DNA of 64,000 nt from sequence record NC_010105.1; one strand, given 5' to 3'. The notes under the pieces were generated by a model. It was not told the origin of the DNA, searched no databases, and saw only the letters and a program-made list of their open reading frames with translations. Both the position numbers and the translations under genes were made by a program. This DNA comes from Escherichia phage JS98. Below, piece after piece: positions 1-7,316 of the stretch (position 1 is the stretch's first letter; each line of letters begins with the position of its first letter).

Positions 1-161
1 AGACGAGTTACTTCATATTTACCCAGTTCAGATTTTTTTGCTTCAATACGCGTTGCGGCTAGATTAGCAGCCTCTAGTGAAGAAAATTGGACCACTTGGG
101 AAGTATTCTGCCTTACACCACCTTGTGGGTGAGTAACAAAAACAATAAGAACATTATACAT
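1..161 (-). CDS. hypothetical protein, N-terminal part only (gene runs off left edge)
   Basis: ATG at 161-159 preceded by GAGGAAAATATT SD; frame open to position 1 (MYNVLIVFVTHPQGGVRQNTSQ...); absent from ORF track because no stop in window. Confidence 0.4.
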   Translation of the reverse strand, partial: MYNVLIVFVTHPQGGVRQNTSQVVQFSSLEAANLAATRIEAKKSELGKYEVTR

Positions 162-182
162 AATATTTTCCTCAGAGTAAAC

Positions 183-422
183 TTAAATTTCAGCAACGTA
201 ATCGTTATGCAATTCCCACATATCATCAGAATTATTCTTAATGATAGGAATTATCTCATTAGAGATTTCTTCTGCATAAGGGTCATTGATACAGTGGGCA
301 TCTTCAAAACGAACACCGTAATCAGACTTCTTATAGGCAAAGCCATAAATCTTTTTAAACTTAGCACGACTAATTCGTACCGGCTCATCAGACTTATCAG
401 ACAGCGGAGAGTAATACCACAT
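183..422 (-). CDS. hypothetical protein (79 aa)
   Basis: ORF track; ATG at 422 with GAGGAG SD 6 nt upstream. Confidence 0.55.
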   Translation of the reverse strand: MWYYSPLSDKSDEPVRISRAKFKKIYGFAYKKSDYGVRFEDAHCINDPYAEEISNEIIPIIKNNSDDMWELHNDYVAEI

Positions 423-466
423 AGTGTTCTCCTCATGTTGGTGTACGGTAATAGTATCACGGTTTT

Positions 467-796
467 CTAGAGTTGTACATCACTTCTACAATATTCTAAA
501 AATAATTTATCGTTGTCTACTGTATCCCAACGTCGCCAAGATGGATTCCAGACCAAAGCGTTGTCACCACAATCATTGAGCTTAAAATGGTCATAGTACA
601 TAGCTATGTGTCTAGTCTCGTCACCAGAGAACCCTAGTATAGGCTCGCCGTGGGTATGATACATATGATGGTGCATTGAGAGGTCGCATTTATAAAACAT
701 CTCACGTTTACCACGGACGAACAAGAAAGCTTGCCCATTCATATAGAATTCTTTATCCGTTTTCAAAAGGTATTTGAATACTGAATCTTTATGCAT
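467..796 (-). CDS. hypothetical His-rich protein (109 aa), possible metal-binding
   Basis: ORF track 467-811 trimmed to ATG 796 (GGAGGA SD); contains SMHHHMYHTHGE cluster. Confidence 0.55.
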   Translation of the reverse strand: MHKDSVFKYLLKTDKEFYMNGQAFLFVRGKREMFYKCDLSMHHHMYHTHGEPILGFSGDETRHIAMYYDHFKLNDCGDNALVWNPSWRRWDTVDNDKLFLEYCRSDVQL

Positions 797-826
797 AAGT
801 CCTCCTACCACATCCTTGTGGTTAAA

Positions 827-1054
827 TTATTTTCCTAACGAAATACGAGTAGGTTTTTTGCCAAAATATTCTTCATAAGAACCATCTAAACGACCTGCTT
901 TAGACCGACAATACGAATCGTACTTTTTGTAATAAGTCATCTCAGTATTATAACGCGGGTGTCTATCGGCCATAATAATACTTAACGGCCAACCTTTGGC
1001 ATAATCACGAAGACCGTTTATTTTACGAATGTATCTTTTCTTTAATTTTAGCAT
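827..1054 (-). CDS. hypothetical basic protein (75 aa)
   Basis: ORF track; ATG overlaps the terminal Cys codon/stop of the upstream paralog (tcATGCtaa), suggesting translational coupling. Confidence 0.45.
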   Translation of the reverse strand: MLKLKKRYIRKINGLRDYAKGWPLSIIMADRHPRYNTEMTYYKKYDSYCRSKAGRLDGSYEEYFGKKPTRISLGK

Positions 1055-1272
1055 GAGCTCGGGTACCAGATTTTACCATCGGGACGAGCAACGAAGGTGC
1101 GACCAGCTTCTTCGCCGTAACAAGAGCTATTCAGCCAATCTTCAAGACGAACTTCACCATCGTAATCGTCTAACTCAACACCAAAACTTTGAGCAGAAGC
1201 CATATCTTTTACTTTCTTATACAGGGCAGCCAGTTCAAGAGCAGCTTTTTCTAATTCATCAATATCAGTCAT
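1048..1272 (-). CDS. small acidic protein, C-terminal W-x-S-S-Cys family, paralog 5 (74 aa)
   Basis: ATG start; ends ...GKIWYPSSC-stop; stop-TAA-GGA junction forms SD of next gene. Confidence 0.7.
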   Translation of the reverse strand: MTDIDELEKAALELAALYKKVKDMASAQSFGVELDDYDGEVRLEDWLNSSCYGEEAGRTFVARPDGKIWYPSSC

Positions 1273-1282
1273 TTTTTATTCC

Positions 1283-1492
1283 TTAGCAAGACATAGAGGA
1301 GCTAAACCAGAAACCTTCACCTTCTGGGATACCGTAGTCATCACGGACCCATTCGTAATCATCATATTCCGGACTAGAAGCCGGAATATATTCTTCGCCA
1401 CCAGCGTGGAAGTGCTGACCTGTTTCGTCAGCCACGGACTGGCCTTTACGTACTAATTCACGGATTTGTTTTTCGATTTCATCAATAGTCAT
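1283..1492 (-). CDS. small acidic protein, C-terminal W-x-S-S-S-x-x-Cys family, paralog 4 (69 aa)
   Basis: ATG start; ends ...GFWFSSSMSC-stop; TAAGGA junction. Confidence 0.7.
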   Translation of the reverse strand: MTIDEIEKQIRELVRKGQSVADETGQHFHAGGEEYIPASSPEYDDYEWVRDDYGIPEGEGFWFSSSMSC

Positions 1493-1501
1493 TTTATTAC
1501 C

Positions 1502-1699
1502 TTAGCATTCGTAAGAGGATGATACCCAAGAGGTACCACTAATAGTAATACAACCGTTATAAAGCGTGATATGTCGTTCTAAGTCACGAACACCATCGAT
1601 ATAGATATCAGCTTCTTCGCGTTCTTCTTTACAAATCTGGATAACGTTTTCAATAGCTGCGGCGGCAGTACGGATTGCACAATCTAATTCACGAGACAT
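1502..1699 (-). CDS. small acidic protein, C-terminal W-x-S-S-S-x-x-Cys family, paralog 3 (65 aa)
   Basis: ATG start; ends ...TSWVSSSYEC-stop; TAAGGA junction. Confidence 0.7.
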   Translation of the reverse strand: MSRELDCAIRTAAAAIENVIQICKEEREEADIYIDGVRDLERHITLYNGCITISGTSWVSSSYEC

Positions 1700-1708
1700 A
1701 ATATTTCC

Positions 1709-1990
1709 TTAACATTCAGAAGAAGAGGACACCCAACCACCATTTTCCAGGTCAGTTGTATAGTCATGAGTATTAACAATAGCCCATTCAGGATGACCAT
1801 CTTCTTCCCAATGGGCAAGGTCAGCTTTCAAGGCACCAGGAGAATAATAGTCACCGCCCATACCGCGAGCAGGGTATATATTAAAATGAGTCTCATATTT
1901 GTCTGCAATTTCCTCGGCACGACGAATAGCTTCATGAATTTCTTTTACTGCGGCCAGAAGCTCTGGGTTGTTATGATTATCATTCATCAT
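1709..1990 (-). CDS. small acidic protein, C-terminal W-x-S-S-S-x-x-Cys family, paralog 2 (93 aa)
   Basis: ATG start; ends ...GGWVSSSSEC-stop; TAAGGA junction. Confidence 0.7.
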   Translation of the reverse strand: MMNDNHNNPELLAAVKEIHEAIRRAEEIADKYETHFNIYPARGMGGDYYSPGALKADLAHWEEDGHPEWAIVNTHDYTTDLENGGWVSSSSEC

Positions 1991-1999
1991 AGCTTTTCC

Positions 2000-2290
2000 T
2001 TAGCACATTGCTGAAGAGGAGACCCAGGCACCAACTGTAACGACACCGTTTTCAACTTCACCGCCATTGTTTTCAATTTCATCTTTAAACCACTGGGAGC
2101 ATTCATAACCAACAGGGTAGTATGTACGTCCTGAGCCATAATCACCTGTTCCGAATTGAATACCATACTTATCGGCAATAGCTTCACATTTGTGTTCGAT
2201 GATATCCACTTTATTCAGAAGAGCATAGATAGCCTTTTCTGCAGATTTCTCGTCGTTGTATTCAGGGATTTCAATTTCAATTTTATTCAT
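2000..2290 (-). CDS. small acidic protein, C-terminal W-x-S-S-S-x-x-Cys family, paralog 1 (96 aa)
   Basis: ATG start; ends ...GAWVSSSAMC-stop. Confidence 0.7.
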   Translation of the reverse strand: MNKIEIEIPEYNDEKSAEKAIYALLNKVDIIEHKCEAIADKYGIQFGTGDYGSGRTYYPVGYECSQWFKDEIENNGGEVENGVVTVGAWVSSSAMC

Positions 2291-2640
2291 GATTTACATT
2301 CCTTAATAAAGGTTTCAAGGTCATTACGGTTGGTTTGTTTTACATACTCATTATAATTAGCCATCTCTAAAGCATATCTCTTACGGATGGGAGCATTCAA
2401 AGCATTTGTATGGCAAATATCATACACGAGAGGGATAAAATAAGCCACGACGGCCGGAGCGATTATCATATAGAAACCCATCTCAATAGGCATGACTCCT
2501 TCGATTGCAGCCATAACTGTGGTCATTACCAGACCAACCAGACCGCCGAGCATACCTGTGACAATTCCCGTGAATAAGGAAATAGCAATATCATATTCAG
2601 CCAATTGATAAACATGCGATGAAAGACTAGGCCGTTCCAT
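2287..2640 (-). CDS. small integral membrane protein (about 117 aa, 3 predicted TM helices)
   Basis: ORF track start 2676 is TTG; ATG at 2640 with AGAGG SD; hydrophobic stretches ISLFTGIVTGMLGGLVGLVM, MGFYMIIAPAVVAYFIPLVY. Confidence 0.55.
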   Translation of the reverse strand: MERPSLSSHVYQLAEYDIAISLFTGIVTGMLGGLVGLVMTTVMAAIEGVMPIEMGFYMIIAPAVVAYFIPLVYDICHTNALNAPIRKRYALEMANYNEYVKQTNRNDLETFIKECKS

Positions 2641-3169
2641 TTTGAACCTCTTTAGCGTATTCACGGCATTCAGCAATAAAACGATTAAGCTTCCGTTGTT
2701 GTTTACGACTTTCTAATGTGTACTCAGCAGTTAAGATACCAAGCTCGGCTTTATCATAATTTTTAATATCGGTGTAAGATGGCCGACGGTCGACCATTCC
2801 AAATACATCACCATTTTCTAAAGCCACATAGCATACTAAATGGTAATCATCGTCTGCCATATTAAGAAGCACACAATCATTGCTCTCATTTAAAGAATAT
2901 ACTGAATAACGTAGTCCAGCGAATTCCACTCGTTGAATAGCCAGATTTACGTCAATAATTTCCAAAGCATCTTCAAAAGAAAGGTCTTCAGCTAAAGCAA
3001 AAATAAAAGGTAATTTGGTAGTATCGCCACGGCTAGATGTTCTGCTTAAGAAATCGTTTGAATAGCCTAGGTCTTGGCGAATTCTATAAAGAACTGAATT
3101 GGTTTCATGGGAAAGACCACTATTTTTAAACCAATCAATATTTGATATAAGGTTATCATATAAACTCAT
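2627..3169 (-). CDS. hypothetical protein (180 aa)
   Basis: ORF track; ATG with strong GGAGGAGAGGAG SD. Confidence 0.6.
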   Translation of the reverse strand: MSLYDNLISNIDWFKNSGLSHETNSVLYRIRQDLGYSNDFLSRTSSRGDTTKLPFIFALAEDLSFEDALEIIDVNLAIQRVEFAGLRYSVYSLNESNDCVLLNMADDDYHLVCYVALENGDVFGMVDRRPSYTDIKNYDKAELGILTAEYTLESRKQQRKLNRFIAECREYAKEVQNGTA

Positions 3170-3192
3170 AATATTCTCCTCTCCTCCAAATA

Positions 3193-3210
3193 GGGAGACC
3201 GAAGTCTCCC
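3193..3210 (-). terminator. hairpin terminator
   Basis: GGGAGAC-CGAA-GTCTCCC stem-loop after gene 3218-3811. Confidence 0.45.
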
Positions 3211-3217
3211 GGTAACA

Positions 3218-3811
3218 TTACTTAAGTGAATTAATGTAGTCTTCGATATCGGCTGAAGTCGTGTCCATTCCAACTTGTGGGCCTTTAAACGTTTCTACAC
3301 GCAGCAGAGTATCTTCAATATCAATCTTAGTCAGTGCAGCTATTTCAACCACATCATCGGCAGTAGCAATACCAAGGGCGGCCATATTACGAGTTTCACG
3401 GATGTACTCGAGCTTAACAGCCAGTTCCTGACGAGAGTCATCAAGTTCCTTGACCTTCAGTTTAATTTCATTACGCATTTCGATATAATCGTCAGCTTTC
3501 TTACGAAGTTGAGTGGCTGTACGACGATAAAGGAGGCCGAGTTTAGCATGTACCTGAACATCGGCGCCTTCGGCAATCAGTTTACGAATTTCGCGTTCTT
3601 TAGAAGCAGCCAGTTGGTCTTTTTCATTTGCCAATGCACGAATGCGTTTTTCTTCATTCACAGACTTAACATGAGCAGTCTGGAGTTCGGTAATTTTATC
3701 AATCAGGGTAGAAGCAGCTTTAGTATACTGGTCTTCGATTGACAGGTTCTGAGTCATTGCGGTACCCAGTTTAGAACGGATGAACTCAACAATTTTCTTT
3801 AAAGTATTCAT
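3218..3811 (-). CDS. coiled-coil protein, possibly PspA/IM30-like (197 aa)
   Basis: ORF track 3218-3886 trimmed to ATG 3811 (AGGAAA SD); heptad-rich sequence; own early promoter at 3855-3884. Confidence 0.55.
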   Translation of the reverse strand: MNTLKKIVEFIRSKLGTAMTQNLSIEDQYTKAASTLIDKITELQTAHVKSVNEEKRIRALANEKDQLAASKEREIRKLIAEGADVQVHAKLGLLYRRTATQLRKKADDYIEMRNEIKLKVKELDDSRQELAVKLEYIRETRNMAALGIATADDVVEIAALTKIDIEDTLLRVETFKGPQVGMDTTSADIEDYINSLK

Positions 3812-3854
3812 AGTATTTCCTTCAGTCGGTTGGTATTTTGTAATCCATGAGGAC

Positions 3855-3884
3855 ATTATACCCTGTCCTCTGAGGGTTGTAAAC
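3855..3884 (-). promoter_or_regulatory. sigma70-type early promoter GTTTAC-N18-TATAAT
   Basis: Minus-strand GTTTAC (3884-3879), 18-nt spacer, TATAAT (3860-3855). Confidence 0.5.
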
Positions 3885-3887
3885 ATT

Positions 3888-4286
3888 TTATTTCATTTTA
3901 GCGAGGCAGATTTCATTGGCTTCCCATTGAGCTTGCTTAATAATAGCTTTGGATACAGGAACCTTTTGACCATAAGTTTTTGACGTTGAGAGAACAATAT
4001 ATTTGTTTGCCTCATTATGCCAACCTAGTGATTTTTCGCCATGACTACCTTTAACCACAGCTGACACCTCAACAGAGCAACCACCATCAGAAATCTTGGT
4101 TTCTACAATCCATTCATTTCTCTCGGCAGCTTCAATTTCCGATCTCCTTTTTTCTTCATACATGGTGGCCCAATCGGTTTTTGCCAAGTTGAAAGCAAGA
4201 GCTTTCTCTAATTCTTTGGCAGCTTTTTGTTGTTCAGGTGTTAATGAATTATATAACTCTTGCATTTCTTTATCTTCGATATTCAT
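3888..4286 (-). CDS. hypothetical protein (132 aa)
   Basis: ORF track; ATG with GAGGAG SD. Confidence 0.6.
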   Translation of the reverse strand: MNIEDKEMQELYNSLTPEQQKAAKELEKALAFNLAKTDWATMYEEKRRSEIEAAERNEWIVETKISDGGCSVEVSAVVKGSHGEKSLGWHNEANKYIVLSTSKTYGQKVPVSKAIIKQAQWEANEICLAKMK

Positions 4287-4343
4287 TATGTTCTCCTCAA
4301 ATTACGGGCTCATAATATCTCAATCATGGGCCCATGTAAACAA

Positions 4344-4607
4344 TTATTTCATATTATTGAAATAATCTTCTGCATTAAAATCGTTATCATGGTAAACTTT
4401 GGTAGACGTTTTGGCGTAGCCTTCAGCTGAGAACATATTAATCACAACTTTAATTGTATACCACTGTCCATCTTCGTTACCCATTACTGCATAGGTTTCA
4501 TACACTGGGTGTTCAGGACCGATAACCTTAATATCGTTAACAGTAGCACCAAATTCTTCAGGAACGCATTTCATAAAGAAATTAAACAATTCACCATAAT
4601 TATCCAT
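4344..4607 (-). CDS. hypothetical protein (87 aa)
   Basis: ORF track start 4622 is GTG; ATG 4607 with AAGGAG SD; early promoter immediately upstream. Confidence 0.55.
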   Translation of the reverse strand: MDNYGELFNFFMKCVPEEFGATVNDIKVIGPEHPVYETYAVMGNEDGQWYTIKVVINMFSAEGYAKTSTKVYHDNDFNAEDYFNNMK

Positions 4608-4628
4608 TTTACTCTCCTTCACACTGTT

Positions 4629-4671
4629 GTTTTGATAGGTCTATAGTATCATGTTTAAAGGAGGTGTAAAC
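4629..4671 (-). promoter_or_regulatory. early promoter with conserved downstream box
   Basis: Minus strand GTTTAC-N17-TGaTACTAT followed by conserved AGACCTATCAAAAC. Confidence 0.5.
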
Positions 4672-4706
4672 AACTTTGTGAAATTATTTTTAGTTTAAAC
4701 CCCCTA

Positions 4707-4728
4707 AAAGGAGACCAAAGTCTCCTTT
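4707..4728 (-). terminator. rho-independent terminator
   Basis: AAAGGAGAC-CAAA-GTCTCCTTT. Confidence 0.5.
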
Positions 4729-4730
4729 CA

Positions 4731-5348
4731 TTATTTACGGGTCTTTTCGAACTGTGCTGCGTCACCTGCAAGGCGGCGGGCTTGACGAAGTTTGTTATCA
4801 ATTTCTTCGTGCATAGGCTGGGTATACTTAAGGCCTTCAACCGTCAGGTAAAGACGATAGAGGTCCGGGGTATCTAGGTTGTTAATGTGCTGCCCATTAC
4901 GAAGGGCGTTGAATTCTCGAACGAGTTGTTTAGTTTCGGATTCGATTTCAGAAACCAAAGAAGCCAGCTGGTTATATTTTTTAACAATAGTGCTGGTGTC
5001 GAACTTGATTTTAGGTTTAGGAGCTTCTTTTACAGGCTCTGCTTTAGGTGTAGGTTTCGGCGCTGCAACTTTGGTCTGAGCCGCGGGTTTAGAAACAGGA
5101 GCTTTAGCTGGTTTAGCAGGCTTAGTAGAGCCACCGGCTACGATATCTTTAAAAGCTTTGGAAGCTTTGTAATATTCTTTCTGGCTACTAGTATCAAAAC
5201 CATACATATCATAAACGTTTTTAAAGAACTCGGTAGTGGTTTTAGTCCCGGAAATTTTATCATAAGCAGCTTGCCACATATCTTTAGTCATGCGCACGCC
5301 GGCTTCATTCAGAACGCTTTCGTTCAAAAATTCATTGTAAGTTTTCAT
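4731..5348 (-). CDS. internal head protein (IPIII-like) with capsid-targeting sequence
   Basis: N-terminus MKTYNEFLNE matches T4 IP capsid-targeting sequence MKTYQEFIAE; Pro/Ala/Lys-rich basic segment; late promoter TATAAATA upstream; hairpin terminator downstream. Confidence 0.65.
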   Translation of the reverse strand: MKTYNEFLNESVLNEAGVRMTKDMWQAAYDKISGTKTTTEFFKNVYDMYGFDTSSQKEYYKASKAFKDIVAGGSTKPAKPAKAPVSKPAAQTKVAAPKPTPKAEPVKEAPKPKIKFDTSTIVKKYNQLASLVSEIESETKQLVREFNALRNGQHINNLDTPDLYRLYLTVEGLKYTQPMHEEIDNKLRQARRLAGDAAQFEKTRK

Positions 5349-5376
5349 TATTGTTTCCTGTGTTAATTAACTTATC

Positions 5377-5384
5377 TATTTATA
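5377..5384 (-). promoter_or_regulatory. late promoter TATAAATA (IPIII-like gene)
   Basis: Exact motif on minus strand immediately downstream of terminator hairpin. Confidence 0.55.
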
Positions 5385-5390
5385 CAAAAA

Positions 5391-5412
5391 GGCCCAACCT
5401 TTCGGAAGGGCC
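5391..5412 (-). terminator. rho-independent terminator (repeat copy 1)
   Basis: GGCCCAACCTTTCGGAAGGGCC; U-run on minus strand. Confidence 0.55.
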
Positions 5413-5417
5413 GTAAA

Positions 5418-5972
5418 TCAGTTCTTGTAGAACCGGAACGGGTTCACGTGGAAGGCCAACATAGCTTTAGGGATTTTACGAGACAAAAGACTCTTAAGCT
5501 TCCAGCCACAGTACACGCGAAGGTAAAATGTGATTCCGCCGACCTTAAGATAAGGAACTGAAGCAAATACACCCCAGGCGTCATCATTCCACATCCACAA
5601 CCAACCATGGTGAGCTTTATCAGGAGAACCTGATTCTACGTCAGGATTACCACGATAATGGAATTCCGAGCTACAATCACGGCCTAGTTTATGATAAGCA
5701 AAGTTATAAGCTTTATTTCGCCATAGCCAAGCTACTCTCTGGAGATAAACACCACCAGGCATTTTCCTGATTTTAGCCCAACGTTTAATATGACCTTTAT
5801 CGCCGTCAATTGGATTATCGTATGTCATCATCCAATCAAAACCGTATGGCAATTTACCAGTCTTTTTATTATGAAAAGGAACCACAAAAGGCGCAAGGAT
5901 AACGGCTAGAACCATAGAGATAAAATCTAGTGGGACCAACAGAATCCAACTCAAATATTTTAAAAGTTTCAT
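5418..5972 (-). CDS. membrane-anchored protein (184 aa), late-expressed, unknown function
   Basis: N-terminal hydrophobic helix LSWILLVPLDFISMVLAVILAPFVV; Trp-rich C-terminal domain; AGGAAA SD; TATAAATA late promoter upstream and identical hairpins on both flanks. Confidence 0.6.
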   Translation of the reverse strand: MKLLKYLSWILLVPLDFISMVLAVILAPFVVPFHNKKTGKLPYGFDWMMTYDNPIDGDKGHIKRWAKIRKMPGGVYLQRVAWLWRNKAYNFAYHKLGRDCSSEFHYRGNPDVESGSPDKAHHGWLWMWNDDAWGVFASVPYLKVGGITFYLRVYCGWKLKSLLSRKIPKAMLAFHVNPFRFYKN

Positions 5973-5998
5973 ATTATTTCCTAAGTTAGTTTACTGTA

Positions 5999-6006
5999 TA
6001 TTTATA
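5999..6006 (-). promoter_or_regulatory. late promoter TATAAATA (membrane protein gene 5418-5972)
   Basis: Exact motif on minus strand immediately downstream of terminator hairpin. Confidence 0.55.
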
Positions 6007-6013
6007 CAAAAAA

Positions 6014-6035
6014 GGCCCAACCTTTCGGAAGGGCC
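6014..6035 (-). terminator. rho-independent terminator (repeat copy 2)
   Basis: Identical 22-nt hairpin; U-run on minus strand. Confidence 0.55.
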
Positions 6036-6205
6036 TTTAACCTAGGGTAACCTTGTCGGGGTTCCACCTGCTAGGCAAGTGTTCTGTGCGCCGTTTCAGC
6101 TGTGAGATAAGGGACTTTAAGAGGAACTCATGTACTCCTTAAAGTCGGGTCTTATTCAGGGAACTTCAGTCCGACGACTTACCGGTAGCGACCCGGTTTC
6201 TTGTT

Positions 6206-6281
6206 TGGTCGAGACAGTAGGGATCGAACCTACGACCTACGGTTTAGAAGACCGTTGCTCTTCCTTCTGAGCTATGCCTCG
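6206..6281 (-). tRNA. tRNA-Arg (anticodon UCU)
   Basis: Cloverleaf readable: acceptor CGAGGCA/TGTCTCG, anticodon stem ACGGT/ACCGT with loop CTTCTAA, T-arm GGTTCGATCC, 3' CCA encoded. Confidence 0.75.
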
Positions 6282-6285
6282 TATT

Positions 6286-6360
6286 TGGCGGACATGCATG
6301 GATTCGAACCATGGACCAATTGATTAACAGTCAACTGCTCTACCGCTGAGCTACACATCC
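6286..6360 (-). tRNA. tRNA-Asn (anticodon GUU)
   Basis: 5' GGATGTGTAGCTCAGCGGTAGAGC..., anticodon loop CTGTTAA, T-arm GGTTCGAATCC, 3' CCA encoded. Confidence 0.75.
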
Positions 6361-6364
6361 AAAT

Positions 6365-6438
6365 TGGTGGCCCTGGGTGGAATCGAACCACCATCCAGCG
6401 ATTATGAGTCGCTCGCTTGACCGTCCAGCTACAGGGCC
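6365..6438 (-). tRNA. tRNA with CAU anticodon (Met, or Ile if lysidine-modified)
   Basis: Acceptor GGCCCTG/CAGGGCC, anticodon stem AGCGA/TCGCT with loop CTCATAA, T-arm GGTTCGATTCC, 3' CCA encoded. Confidence 0.75.
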
Positions 6439-6443
6439 TTAAT

Positions 6444-6710
6444 TTAAATTACAAATCCAGCAGGAGCATTATCGTCTTTAGCCATGTGCTGAATTGTATG
6501 ATAAGTCATTTCTTCAGGAGCAACCAGATAAGCCGCAGCATTAACTAGTGGAATTATTTTTGGTTTAGCGAATGTGCTATCGGCAATTGCCATAAAGGGC
6601 TCGCCGTCGGTCTCAACTTCGCCAAATTGGCATTCATATGAAATAGAACAACGTTTAGTAGTTGTTGTCTTGGTTTCTGGGTCATAAAAAGCTAATTTTA
6701 ATACTAACAT
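6444..6710 (-). CDS. hypothetical protein (88 aa)
   Basis: ORF track start 6716 is GTG; ATG 6710 with GAGGTG SD. Confidence 0.55.
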   Translation of the reverse strand: MLVLKLAFYDPETKTTTTKRCSISYECQFGEVETDGEPFMAIADSTFAKPKIIPLVNAAAYLVAPEEMTYHTIQHMAKDDNAPAGFVI

Positions 6711-6839
6711 AAACACCTCAAATAAAATTAAGTAAAGTAAGTTTGATTAATAGACCTTGTCTATTATGAAAGGCTCTTTGAGGGAAGAACCTTTGGTAAT
6801 AGAGGGTATTAATGATAGAGTAATAATATCACATAATTC

Positions 6840-7316
6840 TTAAAGCATATCAAGTGCTTTCACATCAGGGATTTTAATTTCTTCTTCAATAATATACAGC
6901 TTAACGTAAGAAATTACACGGATGAAATCACCATCATATTCACAAGCCATACCAAGGAGCTCAGTAAGGGCTTCATTCAAGTAGTATTCTTCTTCGTCAT
7001 CGTTCAGCAAGGCTTCTAAGTCTTGGATACCGAGGACTTTATCTAAAAATTCAGGAGTCAATTGGCCTGATTTTACACCAGATTCAATGTGGGCAATAAC
7101 CAGATGCTTAACTACGTCCCATTCCGAATTACCACATTTATCCGGGTTGTTGCAATGAGAACCATGGAAAAGTTCTAGGATATATTTGTACTGTTGGATT
7201 TCATGTTCTTCTACGCCAAATACAGTCTGGGTTTTATAGTTATCGCCATCATTTTCCCAGGTTTCAATTTCAATTGCATAACCTTTAGGGATAATTTGTC
7301 CGAATTTAATATTCAT
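6840..7316 (-). CDS. hypothetical protein (about 158 aa)
   Basis: ORF track start 7325 is GTG; ATG 7316 overlaps upstream stop (ATGA coupling). Confidence 0.55.
   Translation of the reverse strand: MNIKFGQIIPKGYAIEIETWENDGDNYKTQTVFGVEEHEIQQYKYILELFHGSHCNNPDKCGNSEWDVVKHLVIAHIESGVKSGQLTPEFLDKVLGIQDLEALLNDDEEEYYLNEALTELLGMACEYDGDFIRVISYVKLYIIEEEIKIPDVKALDML

Noticed and set aside
87-470. 127-aa plus-strand ORF
   Set aside because: Opposite to the minus-strand gene series in this region, which have SD sequences and coupled starts.
5418-5972. Holin T assignment for the late membrane protein
   Set aside because: Topology (one N-terminal TM helix plus large C-terminal domain) is superficially holin-T-like, but the sequence does not resemble T4 holin as I recall it, and T4 holin lies elsewhere in the genome.
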